The translations under genes and the position numbers were made by a program. Positions 26,301-37,785 of a stretch of 64,000 bases of DNA are shown one piece after another. Each line of letters opens with the position of its first letter. Position 1 is the first letter of the stretch. The DNA is taken from NCBI GenBank assembly GCA_013239625.1, contig MU054391.1:9643095-9707094 (forward strand). Direction: 5' to 3'. The notes under the pieces were generated by a model. That model was not told where the DNA came from, searched no databases, and saw only the letters and a program-made list of their open reading frames with translations. Source of the DNA: Lama guanicoe. Lineage: Eukaryota.

Positions 26301-27069
26301 TATCACTTCTCTACATCGAATATGATCCCAACATTTATACATTTTTATGTACGTGATCCAAACATTTATACATACGATGAATTTTTTCAGTTATTACATA
26401 TAGTATCTAAACTTTTTGAATTAAAAAAAGGTACACACTGACGTCAAACCGTTTCTTAAAATAACATATATGTTTTGCCTACAAAATACGAACGTGATGC
26501 TTAATAGACTTTCACTTACTACAAATACAACGTTTAAATAGGCTGGCCTATATCAGGAATTGGAAAAAATGTATCACAGAGTTATTTATATGTTAATTAA
26601 ATATATATGATAAAGAGATTCATTGCTGTTAAAGCCAAGTATTTACATATTAATGAAAACTTGACAGGAAAAGATATCCTGTGATCAAAAAGCATTTCAG
26701 GGATTATTTCCCGAACGGTAATTCAACCATTTGGAAGATGTTACATTCAGTCTATTTAAAGATCCCATGTTCTGAAATGACTGGTCAAAGTATTTAAAGT
26801 TCGGAAAAAAATGAATAATGAGAGAAAAATCTCATCTCCATGAAAAACCTCATCTCCTGGTGATATTATTTGGTATCACCAGGTAATGCTGAAATGCTGA
26901 CTCTAGTAACAGATTTTTAGGATAATGCATTAGTTTAAAAAAAATTCCCTCTGAAAGATTTTTTAATTTCAAATAAAATCATAAACTTTGCATTATTCTG
27001 TATACTTTAAATTGATACAGTAGCATATCAAATTATATCACAATAAAACTAGAATAAAGAAGTAAACTT

Positions 27070-27655
27070 TAGATGTATGCCACATAATGTTTTGCCTATA
27101 TTTACCTCTAGGAGGTTTATTGTATCTTGTCTTATGTTTAAGTCTTTGATCCATTGTGAGTTGATTTTTGTGTATGGTGTAAGGGAGTGTTCTAGCTTCA
27201 TTGTTTTACATGCTGCTGTCCAGTTTTCCCAACACCATTTGCTGAAGAGACTGTCTTTATTCCATTGTATATTCTTGCCTCCTTTGTCGAAGATTAGTTG
27301 ACCAAAAGTTTGTGGGTTCATTTCTGGGCTCTCTATTCTGTTCCATTGGTCTATATGTCTGTTTTTGTACCAATACCATGCTGTCTTGATGACTGTAGCT
27401 CTATAGTATCGTCTGAAGTCTGGGAGAGTAATTCCTCCAGCCTCTTTCTCTCTCTTCAATAATGCTTTGGCAATTCTAGGTCTTTGATGGTTCCATATGA
27501 ATTTTATTATGATTTGTTCTAGTTCTGTGAAATGTGTCCTGGGTAATTTGATAGGGATTGCATTAAATCTGTAGATTGCCTTGGGCAGTGTGACCATTTT
27601 AACAATATTGATTCTTCCAATCCAAGAGCATGGGATATCTTTCCATTTTTTAAAG
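27070..27655 (-). mobile_element. Young internal LINE-1 ORF2 fragment
   Basis: Uninterrupted frame [34 protein letters not shown]...[16 protein letters not shown]...WCWENW...[14 protein letters not shown]. Confidence 0.96.
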
Positions 27656-29993
27656 TTTATTAAGCCACATTAAAAACATATATACTAAAATAATTATGCA
27701 CTTAAAATAATTTTTTAAAATATTTCCCTATTGTCTCTCAAATTTTTTGCCCTGAAAGTGGGATAATAATCCCTTTTTTGCTTATCTCATAAACATGCTA
27801 TGAGAATTAAAAGTGAAACATAAAATTCATTTTTAAATTTATTAAAGTTTCATTACCATGAACTGTTCATCAAATAAGAGGAATAACTAATAAACCATTA
27901 TACCTTCATTTCTTTAGTACATTTCAGAGCACCAAATAGATGAAAGATAACCAACATACTTTCCAAAGCCCATAAAAATTATGATGAGATAATAATTTGT
28001 TTCCACCTTCGTAATCAATAAAGTTGCCCTAAATCCATTTTGCTTTTTAAATAAATAGAAAAACAAGAATTAATCAAGTCAAGATCTAAGAGCGTACAGT
28101 GCCAGGAGACCTACAAACTACCTATCTCCCTGCCAGCCCCAGCCCCTGCTCCCAGACCAGTGAGCCTCGCAGGCCCTTCCTTCCTGATCCAACCACCAGG
28201 TTATTCCTGGATTCAGAAACTGCGTATCCCATTTTGCCGAGTACAGTCTGTACGTCTCTTTTCACAGTCACCGCAGAGGGCCGACTACTTATTTCAAGCC
28301 TAGAATACAAACCAATTTATTGTTCTTTGCTCATAGCGGTTCAGGAATAAACTGCACATGTGGGAATTGAATTTTCATTAGGTAACTAATCAACTTTACA
28401 ATTTTAAAGGAAAAAGAAACACTTTAATGTTTCCCTTGAGAATGCAAAAAGTGAATGCAATGCCTCAATCTTTCCATAATTATTTCATCATCCAGGCTAC
28501 AGTTTATGTGATATTTCATTTCAACAACAAAAAAATTATGGTGGAAATACAATGCCCAATAAAAACTGCTTTTTAAACTTTTCAGGGAAGAAAAAAGGAA
28601 TCTTTATGAACAGGACTGGGCTGCACAGAAACATGAGTAAAAAGAGATTCCTAACCGTTTACTGGAAAATCTCTGCACTAATTCATTTTCAACTAACAAA
28701 TGAATTGGGAACATCTTTTGTATTGTGACTAAACAATATGATACAGGTGAGGACTAAGTAGGTGGGAATACTTCAGGTTAAATATTTACTCAGATGACTG
28801 TTTCCTACTCAAACTTCCCAACATCAAAAACATACCTAACCTTCAAGGCCTAGAGCAAACTGTATTCCTTCCAAGAAGGCTTTCCTGATTTACTTTCTTC
28901 ATAACAGAAAGCAATCTCTTCCATCTCTAAAGCTATCTATACGCCACCTATCACACGTACTTTAATTTTATGGCAGTCTTATCTATACCTAACCTGTCTG
29001 ATCTTTCCTAATAGATTCTAATTTATCTGTGGACAGGGAGCACATTTGACTTGTATTTCTACCCATGTATTTAAATCTAATACCTTTACATGGAACATAA
29101 GTATTACCTAAATTTTCATTGAATTAACACAATATTTTATATGATTCTTCTACTTTCTTTAAAAGTGTCCTTGCCCTTCAGTGAAAATGAAATATTGAGC
29201 AATTTAGAAATGGTTCATTTTTTAAATCAGTTTCATGTGTATTCATGATTATCAATTTCACTAAAGTTAAAATTCAAAAATCAACATTTGCTTGGCAAGA
29301 AACATTATTATGCTTCTTTTGGGATTAAAAACTTCCAGAATATCCTTAAAACTACGAAACTAAGCCAACAGTAATTGATTCTGGTACCACCTTCTGTTGC
29401 CTTTCAAGAAAAAAAAAAGTCAACCAAACAATAATTTACCTTCTGAGTGAAAGCTGCCTAGAGCCTAATCTGACTTCAATTTTAAAAAGATAGTTCGAAT
29501 TATTCCATCTCTTAAAAGGCCACAAACTAACATAAAACAGCAAAATGTCACTAATTTGTAACTGAAAATGTAGGAGAAAAGCAAACTCCTGTCTACCTTT
29601 CAGTTGTAAAGAATGAGAATAATGTCATCTGATCTTTCTAAAGGTAAATTCTTCATTAATGATTCAAGTTACAAGGTAAATTAATCTGACCTTAGTCAAA
29701 TTTGTCCTGCTGAAATTTTTAATAAAATGCACACTGATGTTTTGCTTTTAAGACATAAATTTTATGTTGTAGTAATAACAGAAAAATCTCTATATTTGGC
29801 TATTCAAATCCAAAATTTAGAAAACAACGTACTAGAAGAGATATTAGAAGCTGCCTTCATTTGGATGCCCTATTTATCGTCGAAAGATGAAGAGGCTCCT
29901 CACAAGGACTCAGGCAGTGGTGATGCACCAGCCCACCCTGACCTAAACTCATCGCTCATTTTCATCCTTAACTTCAGCAAATACTTTTGAACA

Positions 29994-30230
29994 TAGTTCC
30001 TCGTGCTATACAGTATACATATCTTGTTGCTTATTGATTATATATATAGTAGTTAGTATCTGCAAATCTTGACCTCCCCATTTATCCTTATATTCAATAT
30101 CTTGTAGTAACCTACAATGAAAAAGAAAATGAAAATGAATATGTGTATGTACACGTATGACTGAACTATCATGCTGTACACCAGAAATTGACACAACATT
30201 GAAAACTGACTATACTTCAAAAAAAAAAAA

Positions 30231-30264
<34 letters not shown>

Positions 30265-30289
30265 ATGTAAAACAACCTTAAAAAAAAAG
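29994..30289 (+). mobile_element. Short LINE-1 3' UTR insertion with 5' inversion; tail carries (TA)n/(TG)n
   Basis: 29994-30087 is antisense 3' UTR; 30089-30230 is sense 3' UTR ending gactatacttcaaaaaaa; TSD aaatacttttg at 29979-29989 and 30290-30300. Confidence 0.88.
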
Positions 30290-30384
30290 AAATACTTTTG
30301 CAGCATAAATAAAAACATGACCCACAGGTGGCCAGCTACTTTAAATCTTATTTAATTATAGTATTAATTTCACTAAGAGTATAT

Positions 30385-30665
30385 CATGCCTTGAGGACAT
30401 CATGCCAGTCACAAAAAGACAAATACTATACAGTCAAATTCATAGAAAACATAAATTAGAAGAATGGCATTTGCCAGGGGCAGGAGTGAGGGGAAAATGG
30501 GGAGCTGTCATTTAACAGGTACAGAGTTTGTTTCACAAAATAAAAAGGGTTCTGGAAATTGGGTGCACAACAATGTAAATGTACTTAACACTACTCAACT
30601 GTACAGTGAAAAATGGTTTAGATGTAAATTTTATGCTACATGTATTTTACAATTAAAAAATATGT
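30385..30665 (+). mobile_element. L1MB-like 3' end
   Basis: ccttgaggacatcatgccagtcacaaaaagacaaatact...tgcacaacaatgtaaatgtacttaacactactcaactgtac...aaattttatgctacatgtattttacaattaaaaaa. Confidence 0.8.
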
Positions 30666-32084
30666 TAAATAAAATTAAAAGTGTATCATGGCTAAATGGT
30701 CTTAACAGTCCCTATGCTTAACACAGAGCCAAAAATATACAAAGCCAGAACTATAATTTGCGAATAGATTATAGACACAGATATATCCACTGTGAAGAGG
30801 ACAGCAGAACACAACCAGAATGCTACCTTGCTTGCAGTATGAAAAGTCAAAGGTTTCCTTTCCAGATTGTTTCAAAAAGAATGCTTTTGACTACATTTCA
30901 TTTACTTTGCCAAATCAATCCTTGTGTTTTCCAAATACAAAACTACCATTTATTCATCCAACAGTTATTAACCATCATTGCACTCATCACTATATTCACA
31001 GCACTTGAGTACGAGATACGCATTCGTCCCGTCACTTGAAAAAAAAAATTTTGCCACAGGATACTGGCAACCTCTGAAAAGAACACTATTCTCCAAACTG
31101 GTCATCCAAAGGCCTTCTAGTTTTGAGGGAATAGCAAAGATTATCAACGAGGAGAAAAGGATGCAAAAAGGATGACATTTCCCTCTGGAAACTGGGAATA
31201 GGAAAACTCCTAGGGACCTGGATTTCTGCTGCACCATGCAGACAGCACCGAAGGGCTAAGGAAAGCAGGAATGATTTAGGGTTAGCAAGAGAATAAAACG
31301 TCAGGGACAATCACGAGTTAAAACACACACAGCACCAAGAGGTCCTGGGTCTGCTGGTCACAGGGAGGAGACTTCTGCCAGTTGGTCTGTCAATTTATCA
31401 GACTGTTTCTAAAGGAAGGTTTTTATGCTCTGGGGTAACAGCAGTTTCTGAATATGAGACTAGGTATATACGGACATAAGATTAGACTGACATCCTATGT
31501 TATCTAATCAATTGGTGACTTAAAATTTTTCACTCTGCCACTTGTTATTTTTAGCCTTAATGATGTCACATAAATTACTATGACTTTAATTTTTTAAAAA
31601 ATTAATATGGAAATAAAGGTAGAGAATAATTCATACAATCACAAATTCTGAAAAGAAAATGGAAACATCTAAAACACATTTCCATGGTTCACACAAGCAC
31701 AGCCCATCTGCATATTACAGCAGGCTTTTCATAGTCAAGATTTCAATCATCAAATAGTCTAACTAAACTTAGATATTCACAAGCAAATAAACAGCCAAGT
31801 TACTATAGAAACGGCTTTTCAGGGATGATGAAAAGAATGAGGTGTTCTGGATATTCTATTTCCATCAGAGTTTTATCACTTATGCTATAAAGTATTACAA
31901 ATATTGCAATATCCCAAAATACGCTAAATATAATTCAATCTTTCCTTGCTGATTCTGGAGGCAATCCAAGAATGTAAATATTAGTATCAATTTTCATTGT
32001 GTACTGAATGTATGTGTCAAAAAATTTCATGAGTGACAGGTATTGAATGACAGAGTTTATTTCCATATATTAAAAGTAAATGAA

Positions 32085-32915
32085 GTCTAAGTGCAGTGCG
32101 GCATCCTAGATCAGATACTAAAACAGAAAAAATGTATTAGGAGAAAAACTGGGTAAATCCAAATAAATACACAGTTTAGTTAACAGCACTGTACAGTCCG
32201 TACTGCCAGGTTTTCAAAATGCAAATTTGTTCCAATGAGTTTATACATTAGGGAACAACTTCAGCATAACAAATTTCACATTTTCTGACGTCCACGTTCA
32301 TCCATAAGCAACATCAGGTGAACAGACAGCTGTGCTCAGCTGAACTAAGCCACATCAGCCCACGTGCACGCACACGCACACGCACTCCCCAAATATCTGG
32401 CAGCGACCTCGGCTCCCAGGAAGTGTCAGGAGCCACTTCAGTCCACGTCCGGGGTTACAACCTTCCCCCGGCACCCTCGGCACCCTCCTCCGCCACTTCC
32501 CAATAGCACACAAACTGCAAGGCCTCCCACACCCACTTCCACAAGCAGTCTTTTTCAGATCTTTTGCAAGGTAAAGTGTCATATTTTAGTACTTACATGT
32601 TTCATAGTTTAACACATGTAAAACTGTAACAAATTTTTGCTACGTCCCTAACTTTGTTTCACTAACCCTCTTCTCCCCATAAGTCCCGTGGTTCTCGCTG
32701 CATGATTCTGCAGGGTGTAGTGATTCTTAGGAATCCATATGTCACGTCAGATGCAGAACTGACTATTCCAGCAGTAATTTCATGTTTTGACAACTGTTCT
32801 GTGATTGTGTAAGAAGGAAGGGGAAGCTGGGTGAAGGGTATACAGAAACTTCCTGTATTTTCTTCGCAACTTTTCCGTAAGTATAAAAATATTCCAATAA
32901 GAAGTTTAAAACATT
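32085..32915 (+). mobile_element. Old L1M 3' end split by a Tigger insertion
   Basis: taagtgcagtgcggcatcctagatcagat...tttagttaacagcactgta, resuming after 32765 with gttttgacaactgttctgtg...ggaagctgggtgaagggtatacagaaactt. Confidence 0.65.
32194..32765. mobile_element. Tigger9-like DNA transposon
   Basis: Termini ta|cagtccgtactgc ... gcagaactgact; internal aaatgcaaatttgttccaa...attagggaacaa matches Tigger9 as recalled. Confidence 0.7.
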
Positions 32916-32969
32916 AATTAATACACGTATATAAGGCCAAAGCCTCAGCATGGGCTTCTGCATTAATAA

Positions 32970-33140
32970 TTCCTAACACATTAGTAGCAAGTACTCGGTG
33001 CCAAGCACTATTCCGTGTTTTATATACGTGAACTCAGTCATTCTCACAATGCTATGAAGTAAGTGCTATAACCATCCCCACTATACAGGTGAAAAGACTG
33101 AGGTGCAGTTAAGAAACGTGTTCAAGATCACAAACCTAAG
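32970..33140 (-). mobile_element. MIR SINE remnant
   Basis: gtgccaagcactattccgtgttttatatacgtgaactca...ccatccccactatacaggtgaaaagactgaggtgca. Confidence 0.7.
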
Positions 33141-33197
33141 CAACTTTGCTCTAGCCAGAGTCAATGCTCTTATTCCTCTGCTATACTATTTCTATAG

Positions 33198-33243
33198 ACA
33201 GCTGTTTAAAATACAACATTACAGCTGTTTAAAATACAACATT
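33198..33243. repeat. Perfect 23-bp tandem duplication
   Basis: acagctgtttaaaatacaacatt x2. Confidence 0.95.
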
Positions 33244-33844
33244 TTAAACTAGATTCCTTCATCATTCTGGAAAGGTTTTACAATAAAACAAAAGCCATAA
33301 CAAAAAATCTAAATCAACATTCTAAAACATGCTATAAGCATCAAAAATAGTAAAAGTCAAAAAATATATTTCTTTCTTTTACCAAAAGAGAACTCTTACC
33401 ACAAATAAGAATGCTAACACAGACAGTAAGAAGCATCACCTTTGAATTTGAAAACAGTCAACCAGAGTATCAAGTGCAAACGTTTTACAGTAATGACAAG
33501 CAAGGACAGGTAGCTAACACAGCTGTATCACCTACAACAGTAAATGTAATTTCAAAGTTTTATAAAACTTGATCACATGTCAACAACGTCAAAGACACAT
33601 GATGATTTAAGAATGACAGTATAAAACACTAAAGTAACACAAACCGAAGAAGTTTCCCAGCAATCATAATCATAAAATTTGGCTCAATCAAAATGAGTTA
33701 ATCAAACTTCGGTTAAATGCCCAGCAAAAACTCTCCCAATGGGATCTCAAAACAGAGTAAGTAAAAGATCAACTTGCTGGCATAACTTACTACTGCTTTT
33801 CAAAATACTGAATAGCTTGAAACCTAAAATGTAAAGCCAGCCCA

Positions 33845-34480
33845 CCCTTCCATCCATTCAAAACAAGTTACTGAGTTACCGCTTTGCCCTAACGTCCTCC
33901 AGGGCACTGAGGCTATGTTAGTGAACAAGACACAAAGTCCTTCTCCTGTGGATTTTACATTAATTCACGCATTCATCTGTTAATTCATTCAACAAGTATT
34001 TACTGAGTGCCTCTCACATGCCAGGCAGGATTCAAAGTGCAGGGTTAGGTAGGGAAGGGAAGAAAACACATAAAAATCCCTGCGCTACAGGAGCTGACAT
34101 TCTAAAAGGGCAAGCAGACAATAAACGAGTAAATAAGTAAAATCCAAACTAAGTTACTGACAAATGCTAAGAAGAAAATAAAGCAGGGAAGGAGGATTTA
34201 AAGCCAGGATAAAATTATAAAGAGAATGGCCAAGGAAGAGCAGATAAAGTGGAGAAGACACATGAATAACCACAAAATATGTTAGGTTTAAGTGCTGCAA
34301 AGAAAAAGTTCTGATAAGGGCAAAAGAGAGGAGGGCGTGGAGGCAATGCACAAAAGAAGGGTCGGGGAAGGCCTTTCTGAAGAGGGAGCCTCTGGGTGGA
34401 GACTGAGGGATGGAAGAGGCCCAGTCACGTGAAAACTCGGGAGAAGGGCATGCCCGGCAGGGGACACCCCGACCTGGAAA
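33845..34480. mobile_element. LINE-2 3' remnants (two adjacent)
   Basis: catccattcaaaacaagttactgag...; attcattcaacaagtatttactgagtgcct...tgccaggca; gtcggggaaggcctttctgaaga. Confidence 0.65.
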
Positions 34481-35391
34481 CACCCTCTGATGGCAGCAGG
34501 CCTGGCAGGTTCAGCGGACAGACACAGGCCTGTGTGGCCGAGAGGAGCGAGCAGGCGCTGGACCAAGTATCCTTGCAGCAAGCTCCGGACAAGCCGGAAC
34601 AGCTACACAGCCACTCAGCCACTCCGCCTTCGGGAGCCGTACATTTCAAGGTGAGTGACTTGTTTCAAATCAATTCAACAGATAATTAAAGTCATTACTA
34701 CTTGCAGAACACAAGCTGGGGGAGGAAGGGAAGATGAAGCAGGACGGGCTGCAGCTCTAGAGCCCTTTCACCTCCGCTCAGTGTGAACGCGCAGGCCTGC
34801 AAGCAGGGGTCCTGGGAGGGTGCAGAGCACACGCGAGGGCTCCTGCCGAAGGGAACGTGTCCGGCTGGATCCGAAGCCCCGACCGCGGCACAGGCAGACG
34901 GGAGGGCCTCGGTCATCGGGGAGCCGGTGAGCGCAGGACGGAGTTCACGTGCCAAGCACTGTGTGTCCATCTGACCCAGCGCTTCCAAGTGGTCTGACAA
35001 TGCATACCGAACACCCAAAGAAGAACACACTTCCTCAGAAACAAAGTAAGCCCTAAGATGACATCCTGTGGATCTGCATGTCCAGTAGAGTAAGACTGTG
35101 GGGTAAGACAGTGCAAGCTTCAACTCTGGGCTCAAAAAGCAACTGAATCTTTAAGGCCCTGGGGGCCTTGGAAATACTACCCCAGGTGCCTCCATGCTAA
35201 CAGGCAAAAGAGTATTCTGTTGCAAACCCTTCAAAACATCCTTTAATCTCTCTTCTGAACAGGCACAAATGGATCTAATTTACCCAGTTAGCAAGCATCT
35301 TTGGAGAACCCACCACACAAACACCACACTAGGCCCTGGGGACCCAAAACTCAGGAAGTGATGGTCTCTGCCGTTAAGAGTTAGTGTGTTT

Positions 35392-35541
35392 GAGAAGGTG
35401 GGTATAGCTCAGTGGTAGAGTGAATGCCTAGCATGCATGAGATCCTGGGTTCAATCCCCAGTACCTCCATTAAAAATAAATAAATAAACCTAATTATCTC
35501 CTCCACCAAAACAAAACAAAAAATCTTAAAAAAAAAAAAAA
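35392..35541 (+). mobile_element. tRNA-derived SINE (Vic-1-like)
   Basis: gggtatagctcagtggtagagtgaatgcctagcatgcatgagatcctgggttcaatccccagtacctccattaaaaataaataaataaacctaatta...poly(A). Confidence 0.92.
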
Positions 35542-36347
35542 GACTGTTTTTAAGGCTGGGAGTTTGTTAAAGAGAAGAAGAAAGAGAAAGGCAATAATAA
35601 AAATGACTGACGGTAACACCGTGTAAGAAGTGTTACCACAAGAATGAACAAGTTAGGAGAATACAGGAGAAGGAGGTTATGGGAGACCTCATTAAGAGGC
35701 CACGCCGGAAACATAACTGTGGTTTTGCTTTCCAGTCACATAAAATTATAAGGAGAGAGAGACATTACTATCGAAACCTATTGTTCCTTCTGACTCTAAC
35801 TATAGCAAAAATATACTCAACGTGAAAGACTTTTCTTGACAAAGATTAGCAAAAAAATCTGTATTTTCTAAATACGTTTAAAATGAATATAAGTTAAGGA
35901 CTCATAAGGAATTAGAGTCTTTTCAAAGTCTGTCTAAGCAACATATCTAAGCAACACTGTCAGTTGCCAGGAGCTGGAGTTTGTAACGATTTCAAACAGA
36001 ACTGTCTTAATCCGTCACTGCGTCTTATAGTTTATGCGCCGATTTCATACATATCAATTTACCTATTACTGAAAATATGCAGTATGAGTGACTAGGACAG
36101 GGAGTATCAACTCATTTTAAGATCGGATAACAAATTCAGAAAGGCTTAATCATGCAATTAACGACCAAGCCACGTTTACTCGGGGGCTAGTTCACTGGAT
36201 GGGAGAGGTCTCACGACGGGTATGTCCTTGCCTTCCGCTTCTGTGCAGGGCCTGAGAGAAGCAAGGTGTGCTCTGCACAGCTCTTCACGGCATTCAGGCC
36301 TGCAGCTGATGACCTGCCCAACTTTGAGCTACGCTCTAAGGCAAACA

Positions 36348-36562
36348 GAGCTGAGCCTTGAACAACAGAGAGGGAAAGGGTGCCAACCCTCCGAGCAGTT
36401 GAAAATCCACATATAACATGGTCAGTTCCTCTGTACATGCAGCTGCATATCTTCAGATCCAACCACCTAAGGACCATGTCACACTGTAGTATTTACTACT
36501 GAAAAAACCCATGCGTAGGTGGAACTGCACAGCTTGAACACTTGCTGTTCAAGGGTCAACTG
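36348..36562. mobile_element. Non-autonomous Tigger2a-like DNA transposon, opposite orientation to the 15159 copy
   Basis: TIRs gagctgagccttgaacaac ... gctgttcaagggtcaactg|ta; internal actgtagtatttact is the reverse complement of agtaaatactgcagt in the first copy (one mismatch). Confidence 0.85.
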
Positions 36563-37189
36563 TATATTGTCTTTTCTTCATTCTCAAGAAGTGCGGTTCT
36601 GGTCCTTGGAAGCCAGACGGCTCCACTGGGACATAACGGTTCCATTGTTCTTAGAGTCTGTGTCACATGTCACAACCCAATTATGAAACAGCCTTGAACT
36701 GAGAGAAGGAATGTTAGTCTAATAGGAAAGTGGTGCTTTGATTTCTCATTTGTCTTTGTGCCTCTGGAATTTCATAGGGAGAAAGGGTTCTCGAGAGAAG
36801 CAGGATTCAGACATTCCTGGGTGCCCTGGACCCACTACCTAACACTGTCAAAACTATACTTGAGCTTCTAAAGATACAACTAATTCAAACAGATATTGTT
36901 ATCCTAAAAATGGCTCTTAATCATAAAACAGAACATACTGAGTACCTAGCCATAAAATCAGGAGACTTTCCAAAAAAAGGAAAGTTCATGTTCCTTAAGT
37001 TAAGGTGCTCCTGTTATGCTAGACATATTTTGGCTTCAGGACCACATAAAAATAAGACAGAAATAATGTTATAATCAGAAAAAAAATTAATAGATAACAT
37101 TAAGATAATTTTTTTAATTTAAGGTGTTTAGCAGGAAACAAAAATTATTATTTAGAAAAAAGGTAAAATTCAGTGAACATAGTACATAC

Positions 37190-37326
37190 CAAGCTTCAGG
37201 CAGCAAAATAGAATATTCGTGTGGAGAAGTGGTCTCCGGGAAGTTGGAGAGAATTGCAAGGCGATGAGGAAGCAGGTCAGATCCATGGTAAGTGAACAGA
37301 ATTTCTAAGGCTTGTACATTACTTTC
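37190..37326 (-). CDS. NBAS: NBAS coding exon (exon 21 equivalent), 137 nt, phase 0-2
   Basis: gcacag|GAAAGT...AGCTTG|gtatgt; ESNVQALEILFTYHGSDLLPHRLAILSNFPETTSPHEYSILLPEA(C). Confidence 0.97.
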
Positions 37327-37680
37327 CTGTGCGAAAGACAAGGGTGACTTTCTAATGTGAACCCTAGAAATAAGGGAGTGATTTTGTAGGACATTCAAAA
37401 CTTTAAAATTAACTTTTTGTAGTTCTGGTATGAAGTACTTTGAAATACTGATTTTTCCAGGTCTGTATCACATTTCTCAATCTAATGTTATAAAAATTAT
37501 TTTTAAGACTCAGAATGATGAATACAAATTTTTTTAATATGACTCTATTTTCTTTACATTTATTAATCTTACAACAAAACAAGGAAATGTGATGATCTAC
37601 CCATGCAATAACATTAGCTGCATGGCTCAGAGACTTAGTGTTAATAACCATAATTGTTTAATTTACAAAAAAGAAATTAC

Positions 37681-37785
37681 CCGAGCGTAAGTTCTTGCTG
37701 AGAGAACAATATTCTGATTTCTGAACTTCTTAAAGAACTCAGCATCATATCTCTGTTCAGATGCATGAGGCACTCCGAGGATTTC
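37681..37785 (-). CDS. NBAS: NBAS coding exon (exon 20 equivalent), 105 nt, phase 0-0
   Basis: ccgcag|GAAATC...GCTCGG|gtaatt; EILGVPHASEQRYDAEFFKKFRNQNIVLSARTYAR. Confidence 0.96.

Noticed and set aside
26856..26883. Hairpin cctggtgata-N8-tatcaccagg as an ncRNA or terminator
   Set aside because: About one 10-bp stem with a short loop is expected by chance in 64 kb, and there is no other supporting feature.
35398..35470. tRNA gene (also at 4160, 25188 and 57782)
   Set aside because: A and B boxes are present but are followed by a shared non-tRNA tail and A-rich end, with TSDs on some copies; these are SINE heads.
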